Source of the DNA: Candidatus Latescibacterota bacterium
GTDB lineage: Bacteria > Latescibacterota > UBA2968 > UBA8231
Length of the DNA stretch: 64,000 nucleotides
NCBI GenBank assembly: GCA_965243025.1
Contig: CBDETY010000003.1
Location: forward strand, 384,001 to 448,000
Direction of reading: 5' to 3'
A program made the position numbers and the translations under genes. The notes under the pieces are model-generated. The model worked only from the letters and a program-made list of their open reading frames with translations. It did no database searches and had not been told where the DNA came from. The number at the start of each line of letters is the position of its first letter. Positions within the stretch are counted from its first letter, which is position 1. Of the stretch, positions 18,958-28,499 are shown piece by piece.

Positions 18958-21678
18958 GTGAAAAGGCCGACTTTTTCCAACCGTGCCGCGCTGTTCGCCC
19001 TGGCCGTCGTCGCGGGTTCCGTGCCCGCTCTCGCGCAGCAGGACTACGGGGCGCGCCTGGGAACGCGCAAAGCCGATGTCTGGAGCTATCAACCGCAGGG
19101 GACCAGTGTGCTCACGAGCACTCTCGATCCCGCCATGCGCAAATGGTACGTTCCAGGCGAGCTCTACGAGGAATTCCGCTGGCGCCAGTGGGAGTACACC
19201 AACTACGCCCGCGATCCCTTCCAACGCTACGTCGACATCAATCTCGAGGGCGACTACTACTACGATCTCTACGGCAACTTCATATCCAGAGGCTGGCTGA
19301 TCTTCAACCACAGCCAGGATCAACCCCAGGCCCAGTTGGGCAACTCGCTCTTCAAGGACAACAGGTTCACCAGTTGGTTCAACGGTCTCCTGATCGCATC
19401 CGACCACAAGGGCCAGTACCACACGTCGTTGAGCATCGGGAGCTCGCTGCGCACCGTGCTCACGCCGATGACCTTTTCCAAGCCGGACTTCGACGGTCTG
19501 CAGTGGGACTTCGCCTCGGACAAGTACGAAGCCACCATCCTCTATTCCCGCATCAACCTGCCTGCCGGCAGTTCGACTCCAAGGCCGATCGAGCTCACCA
19601 ACAACACCAGCCTCTTCGGCGGCCGGATCACCGCCCAGGTCGGGGATTTCGTCAAGCTCGGGGCCAATTTCGTCAACGCCCATCAGTCCCACACCGACCT
19701 GGAGAGTTTCGAAGGCAGTCTCCTCAAGGGGGAGTTGACCCGGGATCAGAACGGGTCCCCGGTCGAGTGGGTCGAGCTCATCCTCAGGGACGACTCCCCG
19801 GAAGACGGCGAGGGAGGGGCCTCCTTTTTCGAAGGGGGCTCCGATCTCGTCATCACCTACATCGACGGAGAGCAGGAGACCGCCAGGCAGATCGGGTTCG
19901 AGCCGGTGGTGCAGGGCGGGTTCGAGCGCACCGGCTTCAGGGCCGCCGACGGCGGCGAAGAGATCAGCGTGAGGTACGATTTCAACAGCACCGGCCCCGC
20001 GGGGTTCGTCGACAATGCCCGCGGAGACAAATCGGAGATCGAACGGGTGCGCTTCCAACTTCCGGTCGGCAACGACTACCAGGTCTGGGTGAATTCCAAT
20101 CGCCAGACCACCCATGTGGGCGGGGGGAGCGCGACTGCGGAGCAAACCACGCCCCTGCTCGTTGCCCGGGCCGAGGGCAACGTCCAGGACAACTCCAACC
20201 TGCGCCTGCTCTCCTTCGACTACGGCCTGCCCACCGGCACCCAGATCGCCGGCGCCACCATCGAGGTGACCGATGTGTTGGGCTTCAGTCTGTACGGCGA
20301 GTACGACGTGTCCTACAGCTACAGGATGTACCCCAACGCCAACCTGATCACCCATGACGCCTTCTCAGGGGTCAGGGGCGACCGCCGCGCCGACGCCTGG
20401 ATGGTGAACCTCTCCAAGCAGGCCTACCCGTTCTTCCTGTTCGGTGAAGCCTTCAGCATGGATCACGATTACTCCACCACCACGGTCACCACGAACACCT
20501 TCCCGCGGACGGGGTTCGTCGACTACGGCGACCCGCGCTCCTTCTATGAGTTCGTCGACGACAACGACGACCAGGACCGGATCCCGGATCTCGCGCGCAA
20601 GGGGGCGGGCAACGGCGACTTCGACATCTTTCCCGGATGGGACGAAAACAACGACTTCATCTCCGACTTCAACCAGAACGACAACCGCCGCAGCGCACGG
20701 CGCAACGAATTCCCCGACTACGAGGAGCCCTTCCTCCGCTTCAACGTCGACCGGCCGGAATTCCTCTTCGGTCCCGACATGAACAACAACGGCTGGATAG
20801 ACCGGTTCGAGAACGACAACGAGCCCGACTATCCCTACCGGCGTGATCACCGCGGCTACAACGTGTACGCCGGCGCAAACATAACCCCGGAGGTTCGAGC
20901 GATCGTCGGCCGCATGGACGAGCGCCTCATCTCGGAGGACCGGCACAACGAGACCAGCTACCTGCTGGCCACTTTCGACAGGGACTATCCGGGGTTCGGC
21001 CGGCTGCGCGTCTACGACATGGTCAAGCGCGCCAGGGACGACATTCGCGAGAACCTGCTGCAGTGGGCTTATCAGACCGCTGAGTCCGAAGGGCAGCCGG
21101 TCAACATCACCGACCCTCTCCTGCTCGAGGATGCCTGGCACAACAGCCTGTGGCTGAATTTCGATTACACCGGGATGTCGAGGCTGCGTTTCATCAACAA
21201 GGTCAAGTTCGACCTGACCCACACCCAGCTCGGCAGGGAGGATCGCAGGATTCGCGGCCAGCTGCAGAACGAGCGTTTCTTCGGCGTCATCAACAAGGTC
21301 GGCTACGAGCTCAGCCTGGGCCTGTTGGAACTTGAGCCGCGATGGAAGAGCGAGTACCGGAACCAGACGCGCGATCACGCCGCGGTCGGCGAGCGCGAAG
21401 AGCTCACCGAGCTGTTCTCCGTGCTCGCCCGCTTCCCGATCCTGGCAAGCACGTATGCCGAAGCGGGCGTCGAGTACATCCTGTTCAAGGACCTGCGGGA
21501 GGATCTCAACGATCGGAACAGCCGGGTCCTGGCCCTGCAGTTCACCAACACGAGGGACTATCTCGGCTACAAGCTCAGCACCCAGATGGGGGTCAAGTTC
21601 GACCGGCGCGACCCCGAGAACGGCCCGGCCAGAAGCCTGCAGAGCAGCTTCATCAGCGTTTTCGCCGGGCTGGAGTGA
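18958..21678 (+). CDS. Putative outer-membrane (beta-barrel-like) protein with Asp-rich Ca-binding repeats
   Basis: GAGGAG RBS and GTG 18958; signal peptide ending PALA-QQ; DDNDDQD, DENNDFISD and DMNNNGWID motifs; amphipathic aromatic-rich strands ending SFISVFAGLE. Confidence 0.65.
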   Translation: MKRPTFSNRAALFALAVVAGSVPALAQQDYGARLGTRKADVWSYQPQGTSVLTSTLDPAMRKWYVPGELYEEFRWRQWEYTNYARDPFQRYVDINLEGDYYYDLYGNFISRGWLIFNHSQDQPQAQLGNSLFKDNRFTSWFNGLLIASDHKGQYHTSLSIGSSLRTVLTPMTFSKPDFDGLQWDFASDKYEATILYSRINLPAGSSTPRPIELTNNTSLFGGRITAQVGDFVKLGANFVNAHQSHTDLESFEGSLLKGELTRDQNGSPVEWVELILRDDSPEDGEGGASFFEGGSDLVITYIDGEQETARQIGFEPVVQGGFERTGFRAADGGEEISVRYDFNSTGPAGFVDNARGDKSEIERVRFQLPVGNDYQVWVNSNRQTTHVGGGSATAEQTTPLLVARAEGNVQDNSNLRLLSFDYGLPTGTQIAGATIEVTDVLGFSLYGEYDVSYSYRMYPNANLITHDAFSGVRGDRRADAWMVNLSKQAYPFFLFGEAFSMDHDYSTTTVTTNTFPRTGFVDYGDPRSFYEFVDDNDDQDRIPDLARKGAGNGDFDIFPGWDENNDFISDFNQNDNRRSARRNEFPDYEEPFLRFNVDRPEFLFGPDMNNNGWIDRFENDNEPDYPYRRDHRGYNVYAGANITPEVRAIVGRMDERLISEDRHNETSYLLATFDRDYPGFGRLRVYDMVKRARDDIRENLLQWAYQTAESEGQPVNITDPLLLEDAWHNSLWLNFDYTGMSRLRFINKVKFDLTHTQLGREDRRIRGQLQNERFFGVINKVGYELSLGLLELEPRWKSEYRNQTRDHAAVGEREELTELFSVLARFPILASTYAEAGVEYILFKDLREDLNDRNSRVLALQFTNTRDYLGYKLSTQMGVKFDRRDPENGPARSLQSSFISVFAGLE

Positions 21679-21691
21679 ACTGAGGAACAGT

Positions 21692-24010
21692 TTGGTTCGA
21701 AGAATCGTTACAGGTTGTCTTCCCCTCTTCGCCGCCTGCGCCGACACGCCTCCCGGCGAGCAGGCCGACGCCCCCGCCGCAGTCGTTGCCCGGGTCGCAG
21801 GGGAGTCCATCGACCGGCGCGAAGTCGAGGAGTTCGCCGCTTCCCTGTTGCCGGGACTGCGCACTGAGAAGGGGGGGGATGCCGCCCGCCGCGACTACCT
21901 GCAGACGCTCATCGACGAAAAGCTGCTGGTACTCGAAGCCCGCCATCGGGGCATCGACACCACCAGCGCGTTTCAGGCCGGCTACCAGTTCGCGGTTCGC
22001 AGGCACGTCGTCGATCAGTACGAGAGACGCCACCTCCACCCTCTCGTCAGCATCACCGAGCAGGAAGTGGGGGCGCGTCTCGCCAGGGACGGGCTCGACC
22101 ACCAGAGGCTCCTGAGCTGGATAGTGGTGGACACCGAAGAGCAGGCCACCCGGATTCGCCGCCTCCTGGAAGAGGGGGCCGATTTCGCCGAGCTGGCACG
22201 GCTCCACTCGATCGATGAGCGGTATGTCGAGACGGGCGGGGAAATCGGATTTGTCGACGGGTCCGTGGCTGGCCGGGTGGGTATTCCCCTCGACGTTTTC
22301 AGGGAGCTGGAATCCGGCGCGGTCTCCGAGCCGCTGCAATCGCGCGGCGCCTATCTCCTGGTCCGCTTTACCGGGGAGCGGGAAGAGGTCTCACCCAGGA
22401 ACCGCCGCAGGGCGCGCGCCGACCTCGGGAAGGAGAAACTGGCGGTCGAGAGGCGAGCCCTGGTCGAGGAACTGGCCTACGAATCAGGCCTTTCGGTGAA
22501 ACCGGAGGGACTGGCGGTCCTGGTGGGCAAGGAGCCTGGGGGAACCTCCCGGCCGCAGCTCACCCCTGCCGAGGCGGCCGCTGTGCTGTTTACCTACGAA
22601 GGGGGAGAAATAACGGTCGGCGACTACGACTGGGAGTTCCGGCATCTCGGACGCATGCCCGGGCTCGGGGACAGCGCCGCGGTGGTGGAGGCGGCCAGAA
22701 TCTGGGTACTGCCCGACATCATGATCTGGGAGGCGGCCCGGAAGCTGGGGTATCACCGGATCCCCGCAGTGCTCGAGTGGAATAAACGCAAGGAAGTCGA
22801 GCTCCTGCTGATGGCTCTGCGCCGGACGGTCCGCGACCGGGTGGAGGTCAGCGAGGAGGATGCCAGGCAGTTCTACCTCGATCACCCCGGCATGTTCGTC
22901 GAGTCCTCCCAGATCTGGGTCCAGGAAATCCTCGTGGACGACCTGGACGAGGCCGCCGCGGTGCGGCAACGGCTGGAGTCGGGAGAAGCGTTCGAGGACC
23001 TGGCGCATCTGAGCATGCGGGCTGGTGCGGGGGACGGGAACCTGCACATGCACGGGCATCAGCGGGCCAGGTACGGGGAGCTGGTTGACCGGGCGCTCGC
23101 CGCGGATGTGGGTCAGCTCGCCGGTCCGGTGCAGGTCCCGCAGGGTTTTTCCGTCTTCCGGGTGGTGGAAAGGAGCGAGGGCCAATTGCAACCATTCGCC
23201 AAAGCAGAAAGACGGGCGACGGCCTCCCTTCGGGTGATGAGAGAGGAAGAGCTGTTCAACAGCCTGGTCGCCGGGGTGCGGGAGAGGTACGCGGATCAGG
23301 TCCGCATCTTCGAGCCGGAACTCGGCGCCATGGAGATCCCCGAGGGTGACCCGAAGCAGCTGGCAGCGCGGAAAAACGTCTACGATCTCGGCATCGCCCA
23401 CGCCCGGAAGGGCCGCACCGCCGAGGCTATCGAGGCTTTCCGGACGGCCATCCGCATCGACTCGACGTTCCTTCCTTCCTACCATGAGCTTGCTCTCGCG
23501 CACGCGGCCGAGGGAGACTTCGAGGCCGCGTACGCCGAAATGGAAACCGCCGTTCGCGTGGACGGGGGGGGATCCGCCTACACCCACCGCCTGTTGGCCT
23601 TTTTCTATTTAAACCAGGAACGCTACGAGGAGGCGGAGAAAGCCCTGTGGGAGGCCATCGAAGTCGATTCGAGCCGGGCGGAAGCGCGTTACGAGCTCGG
23701 AGTCCTGTACAACAAACAAGGACGGCCCGGGGAGGCTGAAAGTTCGCTCATGCGGGCTTTGAGGCTCGATCCTGCCTACAAGGAAGCGTGGAACGAGCTC
23801 GGAAGACTGTATACGAACGCAGGACGCCATGACGAGGCGGACAGGGCCCTGGAGCGGGCCGTGGCAATCGATTCGGGCTATGCACAGGCATACTACAACC
23901 TGTCCCAGCTGCGCTCCGCCCAGGGCCGGGCGGAGGACGCAACGGCCATGCTGGAGCGTTTCGAGAGCCTGTCCAGCCCGGCAAGTCAAGAGCGGAGGAT
24001 CGTGCCATGA
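21692..24010 (+). CDS. SurA/PrsA-like parvulin peptidyl-prolyl isomerase lipoprotein fused to C-terminal TPR repeats
   Basis: TTG 21692 after GAGGA; lipobox LFAAC; VVARVAGESI, two parvulin domains (GADFAELARLHSID..GGEIG; GEAFEDLA), and about 6 TPR units. Confidence 0.8.
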   Translation: MVRRIVTGCLPLFAACADTPPGEQADAPAAVVARVAGESIDRREVEEFAASLLPGLRTEKGGDAARRDYLQTLIDEKLLVLEARHRGIDTTSAFQAGYQFAVRRHVVDQYERRHLHPLVSITEQEVGARLARDGLDHQRLLSWIVVDTEEQATRIRRLLEEGADFAELARLHSIDERYVETGGEIGFVDGSVAGRVGIPLDVFRELESGAVSEPLQSRGAYLLVRFTGEREEVSPRNRRRARADLGKEKLAVERRALVEELAYESGLSVKPEGLAVLVGKEPGGTSRPQLTPAEAAAVLFTYEGGEITVGDYDWEFRHLGRMPGLGDSAAVVEAARIWVLPDIMIWEAARKLGYHRIPAVLEWNKRKEVELLLMALRRTVRDRVEVSEEDARQFYLDHPGMFVESSQIWVQEILVDDLDEAAAVRQRLESGEAFEDLAHLSMRAGAGDGNLHMHGHQRARYGELVDRALAADVGQLAGPVQVPQGFSVFRVVERSEGQLQPFAKAERRATASLRVMREEELFNSLVAGVRERYADQVRIFEPELGAMEIPEGDPKQLAARKNVYDLGIAHARKGRTAEAIEAFRTAIRIDSTFLPSYHELALAHAAEGDFEAAYAEMETAVRVDGGGSAYTHRLLAFFYLNQERYEEAEKALWEAIEVDSSRAEARYELGVLYNKQGRPGEAESSLMRALRLDPAYKEAWNELGRLYTNAGRHDEADRALERAVAIDSGYAQAYYNLSQLRSAQGRAEDATAMLERFESLSSPASQERRIVP

Positions 24011-24399
24011 GAGTGCTGATATTCCTGACCGTGCTGCTCTCGGCGTTCGTTTTGTCCGACTGCGGCGGAAGAAAGCTGGTCGACAGCGGCGGAGGGGGTG
24101 ACGACGAAATCCTGTTTCTGAACGAAACCCCCGGGAACGTCTACCGGATTGCGGTAGTGGGCACCACTGCGGACTTCACCCTCAGGGCATCTTCCCGCAA
24201 GGCGGTAAAGGTTCCGGTGGAAGAAGACCATCCCGGCTACAACGTCAATATCGAGAAGATCGAGGGGGAGGTCGGCGAGGCGCGAAAAACCCTGTTCGGG
24301 GTCAAGCCGGGGGAGACGGTTCGCATTTCCTTCCAGGCGGGCACCACGAGCGGCGGGGAGCTGGGTGCGGGTCTGGTTTCCATCGAAGTCGTGTTCTGA
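24007..24399 (+). CDS. Small hypothetical lipoprotein
   Basis: ATGA overlap with the upstream gene; hydrophobic leader ending VLSD-C. Confidence 0.7.
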   Translation: MRVLIFLTVLLSAFVLSDCGGRKLVDSGGGGDDEILFLNETPGNVYRIAVVGTTADFTLRASSRKAVKVPVEEDHPGYNVNIEKIEGEVGEARKTLFGVKPGETVRISFQAGTTSGGELGAGLVSIEVVF

Positions 24400-24439
24400 C
24401 AAAAACGACGCTCACCACCGGCAGAAAACTTCCGCGAAC

Positions 24440-26692
24440 TTGGTCGACCTGCTGACCAGGAGGACGAAACGGCTGTACCGGGAGTGCTCGGGCCGAACGT
24501 GGTGCGGGGCGGTGTTCCTGTTCTCGTTCGCCCTCCTCTGGCGCGCGCTCTACCTCCACCAGGTAGCCGCCGGGAGCCCGTTTTTCGATGCGCCCATGGC
24601 GGACGCACAGGCCTTCTTCCAGCAGGCGGAACAGTTCGCTGCGACGTTCAGCCTGGGGGAGGAGCCGTTCACCGGGCCGCCGCTCTATCCCGTCTTCCTC
24701 GGCGTCCTTTACTGGCTCTTCGGAGCTGATTTTTTCGCCTTCCGCCTGATCCAGTTCACCCTTGGCGCGCTCAGCGTCGTACTGCTCTACCTGATCGGCC
24801 GGCGGGTATTTTCTCCCGGCGTCGGTCTGGCCGCCGGGGCCGCGGCCGCGCTGTACGGGCCGCTGATCTACTTCGAGGGGGAACTTCTGCCCCCGGGCCT
24901 GGCCATCCTCCTGAACTTGAGCCTCGTGCTCCTTCTCCTTCGCGCCGGTACCGTCAGCCGTCCCTGGACCTTTCTTGCCGCCGGACTCCTGCTGGGCGTG
25001 GCCGGTCTCGCCGTTCCCCACGTGTTCCTCTTCGGTCCGGGGGTGGCCGGGTGGATACTCGTGCGCAGGGACCCGGGGCTGCCGGCCAGGCTCGGCCGCG
25101 TCCTGCTCCTGGCGCTGGGAGTGTTTCTCGTCATCGGCGGCACGACGTGGCGCAACTACCACAAGGGCGGGGACCTGGTCCTGCTCTCGTCGGACTCGGG
25201 CCTGAGTTTTTTTCTGGGCAACAACCCGGACCGAGCGCGAACGGTCGGGCTTGGACCCGGCGCGGATCGGGACGAGCTGATCGCACAACCTGTCCGGCAG
25301 GGGTTGGAAAAACCTTCGGAGCAGTCGGCCTATTTCTGGCGGGCGGCGGTCTCGTTCGCCAGGGAGGAGCCGGCAGCTTTTCTGCGGTCGCTGGCTGCGA
25401 AAGCATTCGACTTCTGGCAGGGAGGCGAGGTCCGGGGTCACACCGACATCTACTTTGCCCGCGCCCATTCCGCGCTGCTGGCCGGGCTGGTGTGGCACCA
25501 TGGGCTCGCCTTCCCGTTCGGCATCGTGGGCCCGCTGGCCCTGGTCGGCCTGCTGCTGGCCATCCGCGAAAGACGAGCGGGTCTGATCGTACTGTTCGTC
25601 CTGTGTCATGCAGCGGCGGTCGTCGCCTTCTCGGCGACCGCCCGCTACCGCCTCCCCGCGGTGCCGCTGTTGATCCTGCTGGCCTGCTACGCCGGCGCGT
25701 GGCTGATGGACCGGGTGTCGGCCAGGCAGTGGCGAAGCGTGTTGCCGGCGGCAGGTCTCCTCCTCCTTGTCGCCCTGCCGCTCAACGCCAGGGCAGTCGC
25801 CCCGGCAGAGGACGCCAGGGACCGGTACTACGTCGGGCTGGCCTACGCACGCAAAGGTATGCCGGCGAGAGCGGCCCTGGAGTTGCGAAGAGCCCTCGAC
25901 CTGGACGAGAGTCACTACGATGCGCGCCTGAAGCTGGGTGAGCTCCTGGTAGATCTCGACAACCCCGCCGAGGCTCGGGAACAGTTCCGGCTGCTGGCCC
26001 GGCGTTATCCGCTGCGGGCGGATCCGCGGCGCAACCTGGCCGACCTCCATCTCGAGGAGGGGAGAATCGAAGAGGCCGCGGCCCTGTTCGAGGAGATCGT
26101 CGAGCTCGAACCCACGGCCGCCAGCTCTCATTACGACCTGGCCGGGGCCCTGCGTCTGGCGGGACGCCTCGAGGCAGCCAGGGACTCCTACCTGAAGGTC
26201 CTGGAACTGGACCCCGGTCATTTCGAAGCCGGGTACCACCTGGCGGTCCTCTACCAGCAGGAGGGACGGTGGGGGGAAGCGGAGCGCCTGTACCTGCAGC
26301 TTCTCGAGCAGCGGCCAGGGCATGACGACGTGCGCAACAACCTGGGGTACAACTACCTGAGACAGCGGCAATTCCAGGCGGCTGCAGCGGAGTTTTCCCG
26401 TGTTCTGGACGGCAACCCCGATCACGTGCTCGCCCGCCGGAACCTGGCCTTCGCCTACGAAGGGCTGGAACGCAACCGCGAGGCGGTGCGGGAGTACGAG
26501 CGTCTCATCGAGCAGGGGGAAGAAGCCGAGGTTTACAATCACCTGGCTCGTCTCTACGGAAAGATGGGGCAGACGGAGAAATCCGGGGAGGCGCGGCGGA
26601 AGCACCGGATGGTGCTGCGGCGCGAGGAAATTTTCGGAAAGCTGCGCGAGCGGACGGAGCAGCTGTTCGAGGAAGCTGCAGGAGCCCGTTGA
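24440..26692 (+). CDS. GT-C fold (PMT/ArnT/GT39-like) membrane glycosyltransferase with C-terminal TPR repeats
   Basis: PMADAQAF, PPLYPVFLG, LYGPLIYFEG, FFLGNNP, ARYRLP; multiple TM segments, then TPRs. Start approximate (TTG 24440). Confidence 0.8.
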   Translation: MVDLLTRRTKRLYRECSGRTWCGAVFLFSFALLWRALYLHQVAAGSPFFDAPMADAQAFFQQAEQFAATFSLGEEPFTGPPLYPVFLGVLYWLFGADFFAFRLIQFTLGALSVVLLYLIGRRVFSPGVGLAAGAAAALYGPLIYFEGELLPPGLAILLNLSLVLLLLRAGTVSRPWTFLAAGLLLGVAGLAVPHVFLFGPGVAGWILVRRDPGLPARLGRVLLLALGVFLVIGGTTWRNYHKGGDLVLLSSDSGLSFFLGNNPDRARTVGLGPGADRDELIAQPVRQGLEKPSEQSAYFWRAAVSFAREEPAAFLRSLAAKAFDFWQGGEVRGHTDIYFARAHSALLAGLVWHHGLAFPFGIVGPLALVGLLLAIRERRAGLIVLFVLCHAAAVVAFSATARYRLPAVPLLILLACYAGAWLMDRVSARQWRSVLPAAGLLLLVALPLNARAVAPAEDARDRYYVGLAYARKGMPARAALELRRALDLDESHYDARLKLGELLVDLDNPAEAREQFRLLARRYPLRADPRRNLADLHLEEGRIEEAAALFEEIVELEPTAASSHYDLAGALRLAGRLEAARDSYLKVLELDPGHFEAGYHLAVLYQQEGRWGEAERLYLQLLEQRPGHDDVRNNLGYNYLRQRQFQAAAAEFSRVLDGNPDHVLARRNLAFAYEGLERNREAVREYERLIEQGEEAEVYNHLARLYGKMGQTEKSGEARRKHRMVLRREEIFGKLRERTEQLFEEAAGAR

Positions 26693-26819
26693 CACTGGGA
26701 TCGCTCAAGCTTCAGCTGTCCCGACCGGGGTGGTCTACCGCTCCTCTTCCGGCACCAATCGAACCGCAGAAAGGAGACAGGACAGTGGAAACCCGGTCTG
26801 CTGCAACAGGCAGTCGGCT

Positions 26820-28397
26820 ATGAAAACCAGGCTCCGTTCGGCGCATGGACTCTTTACCGGACTGTTGGGCCTTGCCCTGGGCACATGCTTGCAAGCCCAG
26901 GCCAAACCTCAGCGAACACCCCAGGAGATTGCGGCCCTCAACAAGCAGTACTGCGGCGGCTGCCATTTCGTCCCTCCGGCGGACCTGATGCCGAAGAAGG
27001 ACTGGCCCAGGGTGATTCAGGCCATGCAGGATCTGACCATAGAGCAGGACGGCCGCCCCTTCTTCCCGGACGATGTCCTCAGGGATCTTACCGTTTTCTA
27101 TTACGAAAGTGCTCCGGCCGAGCTTCCAAGGCTTCCCTATTTCGGCGACACTGACAGCCCGGTTGCTTTCCATTTGAGGGAGATCGGCGAAAAATCGGTG
27201 CTGCCTTCGGTGATCAACATCCGCACCGCCGATTTGAACAGCGGCGACAAACTGGAATTCCTGCTTTGTGACGGGGAGAGCAATCAGGTAAACCTGTTGC
27301 AACAGGTCGAGGGGGAGTGGCGGGAATCGAAACTTGCGGATGTGGCCATTCCGGTGAACACCGAGGTGGTCGATTATGACGCTGACGGGGACAGGGATAT
27401 CCTGGTGGCGGCGCTGGGTTACTACCCCCCTTCAGACAAGCTGGCCGGCAGGGTGGTGGTGCTGGAACAGACCATGGCGCGACAGTTCGAGAAAAAAGTC
27501 CTGCTGGAAGAGGTGGGCCGCATCACCGATGTCCGCAGCGCCGACATGGACAGGGACGGCGACCTCGACATTGCCGTGGCCATTTTCGGCGGCAATGTCG
27601 TGGGGGAACTGGCGTGGCTGGAGAACCGCGGCAAGGGCCGGTACCAAAAACACACGATGGTGAATGCCCGCGGCGGCCTGAACATGACGCCGACGGACCT
27701 CAACGGGGACGACCTGGTGGATTTCATCAGCTTTGTCTCCCAGGAAAACGAGGCGATCATCGGCATCGTCAATCTGGGCGGAGGGGAGTTCAAATCCAGC
27801 ACTCTGACCCAGGCCCCGCACCCCATGTTCGGTTCCACCGGCATGTGCCTGGCCGACCTCGACAGCGACGGCGACCAGGATATCGTTTTTACCAACGGCG
27901 ACAACTTCGACCTCCAGTGGGATCCCAAGCCCTACCACGGCGTGCAGTGGCTGGAAAATTTCGGCCGCTTGAAATTGACGGAAGCCGCCGGCGCCGGCTC
28001 CGGGGGGGAGGTGTTCTACGCCCTCAAGTACCAGGAGATCGACCGCTTTTACGGTGCCGTGGATGCGGTAGTGGGTGATATGGACGGGGATGGGGACATG
28101 GATATCGTCGCCAGCAGCTGGTCCAACTACTGGGATGATCCCAGGCGCCAGAGCCTGGTCTGGTTTGAAAATGACGGGTCGCAGAGCTTCAGACGCCACA
28201 ACATCGCCAGCCGTCCGCAAAGTATAGTTTCCCTTGAACTGCGCGATGTCAATAATGACAAGCGGCTGGATATCGTCGGGGGTGTATTCCGGGTAGACCT
28301 GCTGATGAATGTGCTGAAAGATCCCGAAAAGGGTTTGGGCAAGGAAACAGATCCGAAAACACGGGTGGTTGTTTTCGAGAACAGACCCGCCGATTGA
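26820..28397 (+). CDS. FG-GAP/VCBS repeat protein with N-terminal heme c-binding motif
   Basis: Signal peptide from ATG 26820; YCGGCH (CxxCH); repeats DYDADGDRD, DMDRDGDLD, DLNGDDLVD, DLDSDGDQD, DMDGDGDMD. Confidence 0.85.
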   Translation: MKTRLRSAHGLFTGLLGLALGTCLQAQAKPQRTPQEIAALNKQYCGGCHFVPPADLMPKKDWPRVIQAMQDLTIEQDGRPFFPDDVLRDLTVFYYESAPAELPRLPYFGDTDSPVAFHLREIGEKSVLPSVINIRTADLNSGDKLEFLLCDGESNQVNLLQQVEGEWRESKLADVAIPVNTEVVDYDADGDRDILVAALGYYPPSDKLAGRVVVLEQTMARQFEKKVLLEEVGRITDVRSADMDRDGDLDIAVAIFGGNVVGELAWLENRGKGRYQKHTMVNARGGLNMTPTDLNGDDLVDFISFVSQENEAIIGIVNLGGGEFKSSTLTQAPHPMFGSTGMCLADLDSDGDQDIVFTNGDNFDLQWDPKPYHGVQWLENFGRLKLTEAAGAGSGGEVFYALKYQEIDRFYGAVDAVVGDMDGDGDMDIVASSWSNYWDDPRRQSLVWFENDGSQSFRRHNIASRPQSIVSLELRDVNNDKRLDIVGGVFRVDLLMNVLKDPEKGLGKETDPKTRVVVFENRPAD

Positions 28398-28499
28398 AGG
28401 AGAAAGCCTGGATATCCCCGCTCCTTTCTTTCTGCTTAAACAGCCTGCGAAGTCTTTCCCGGGCCAGCTGCTCCGTGCGCTGGAGGAGGTTGCCGCGGG

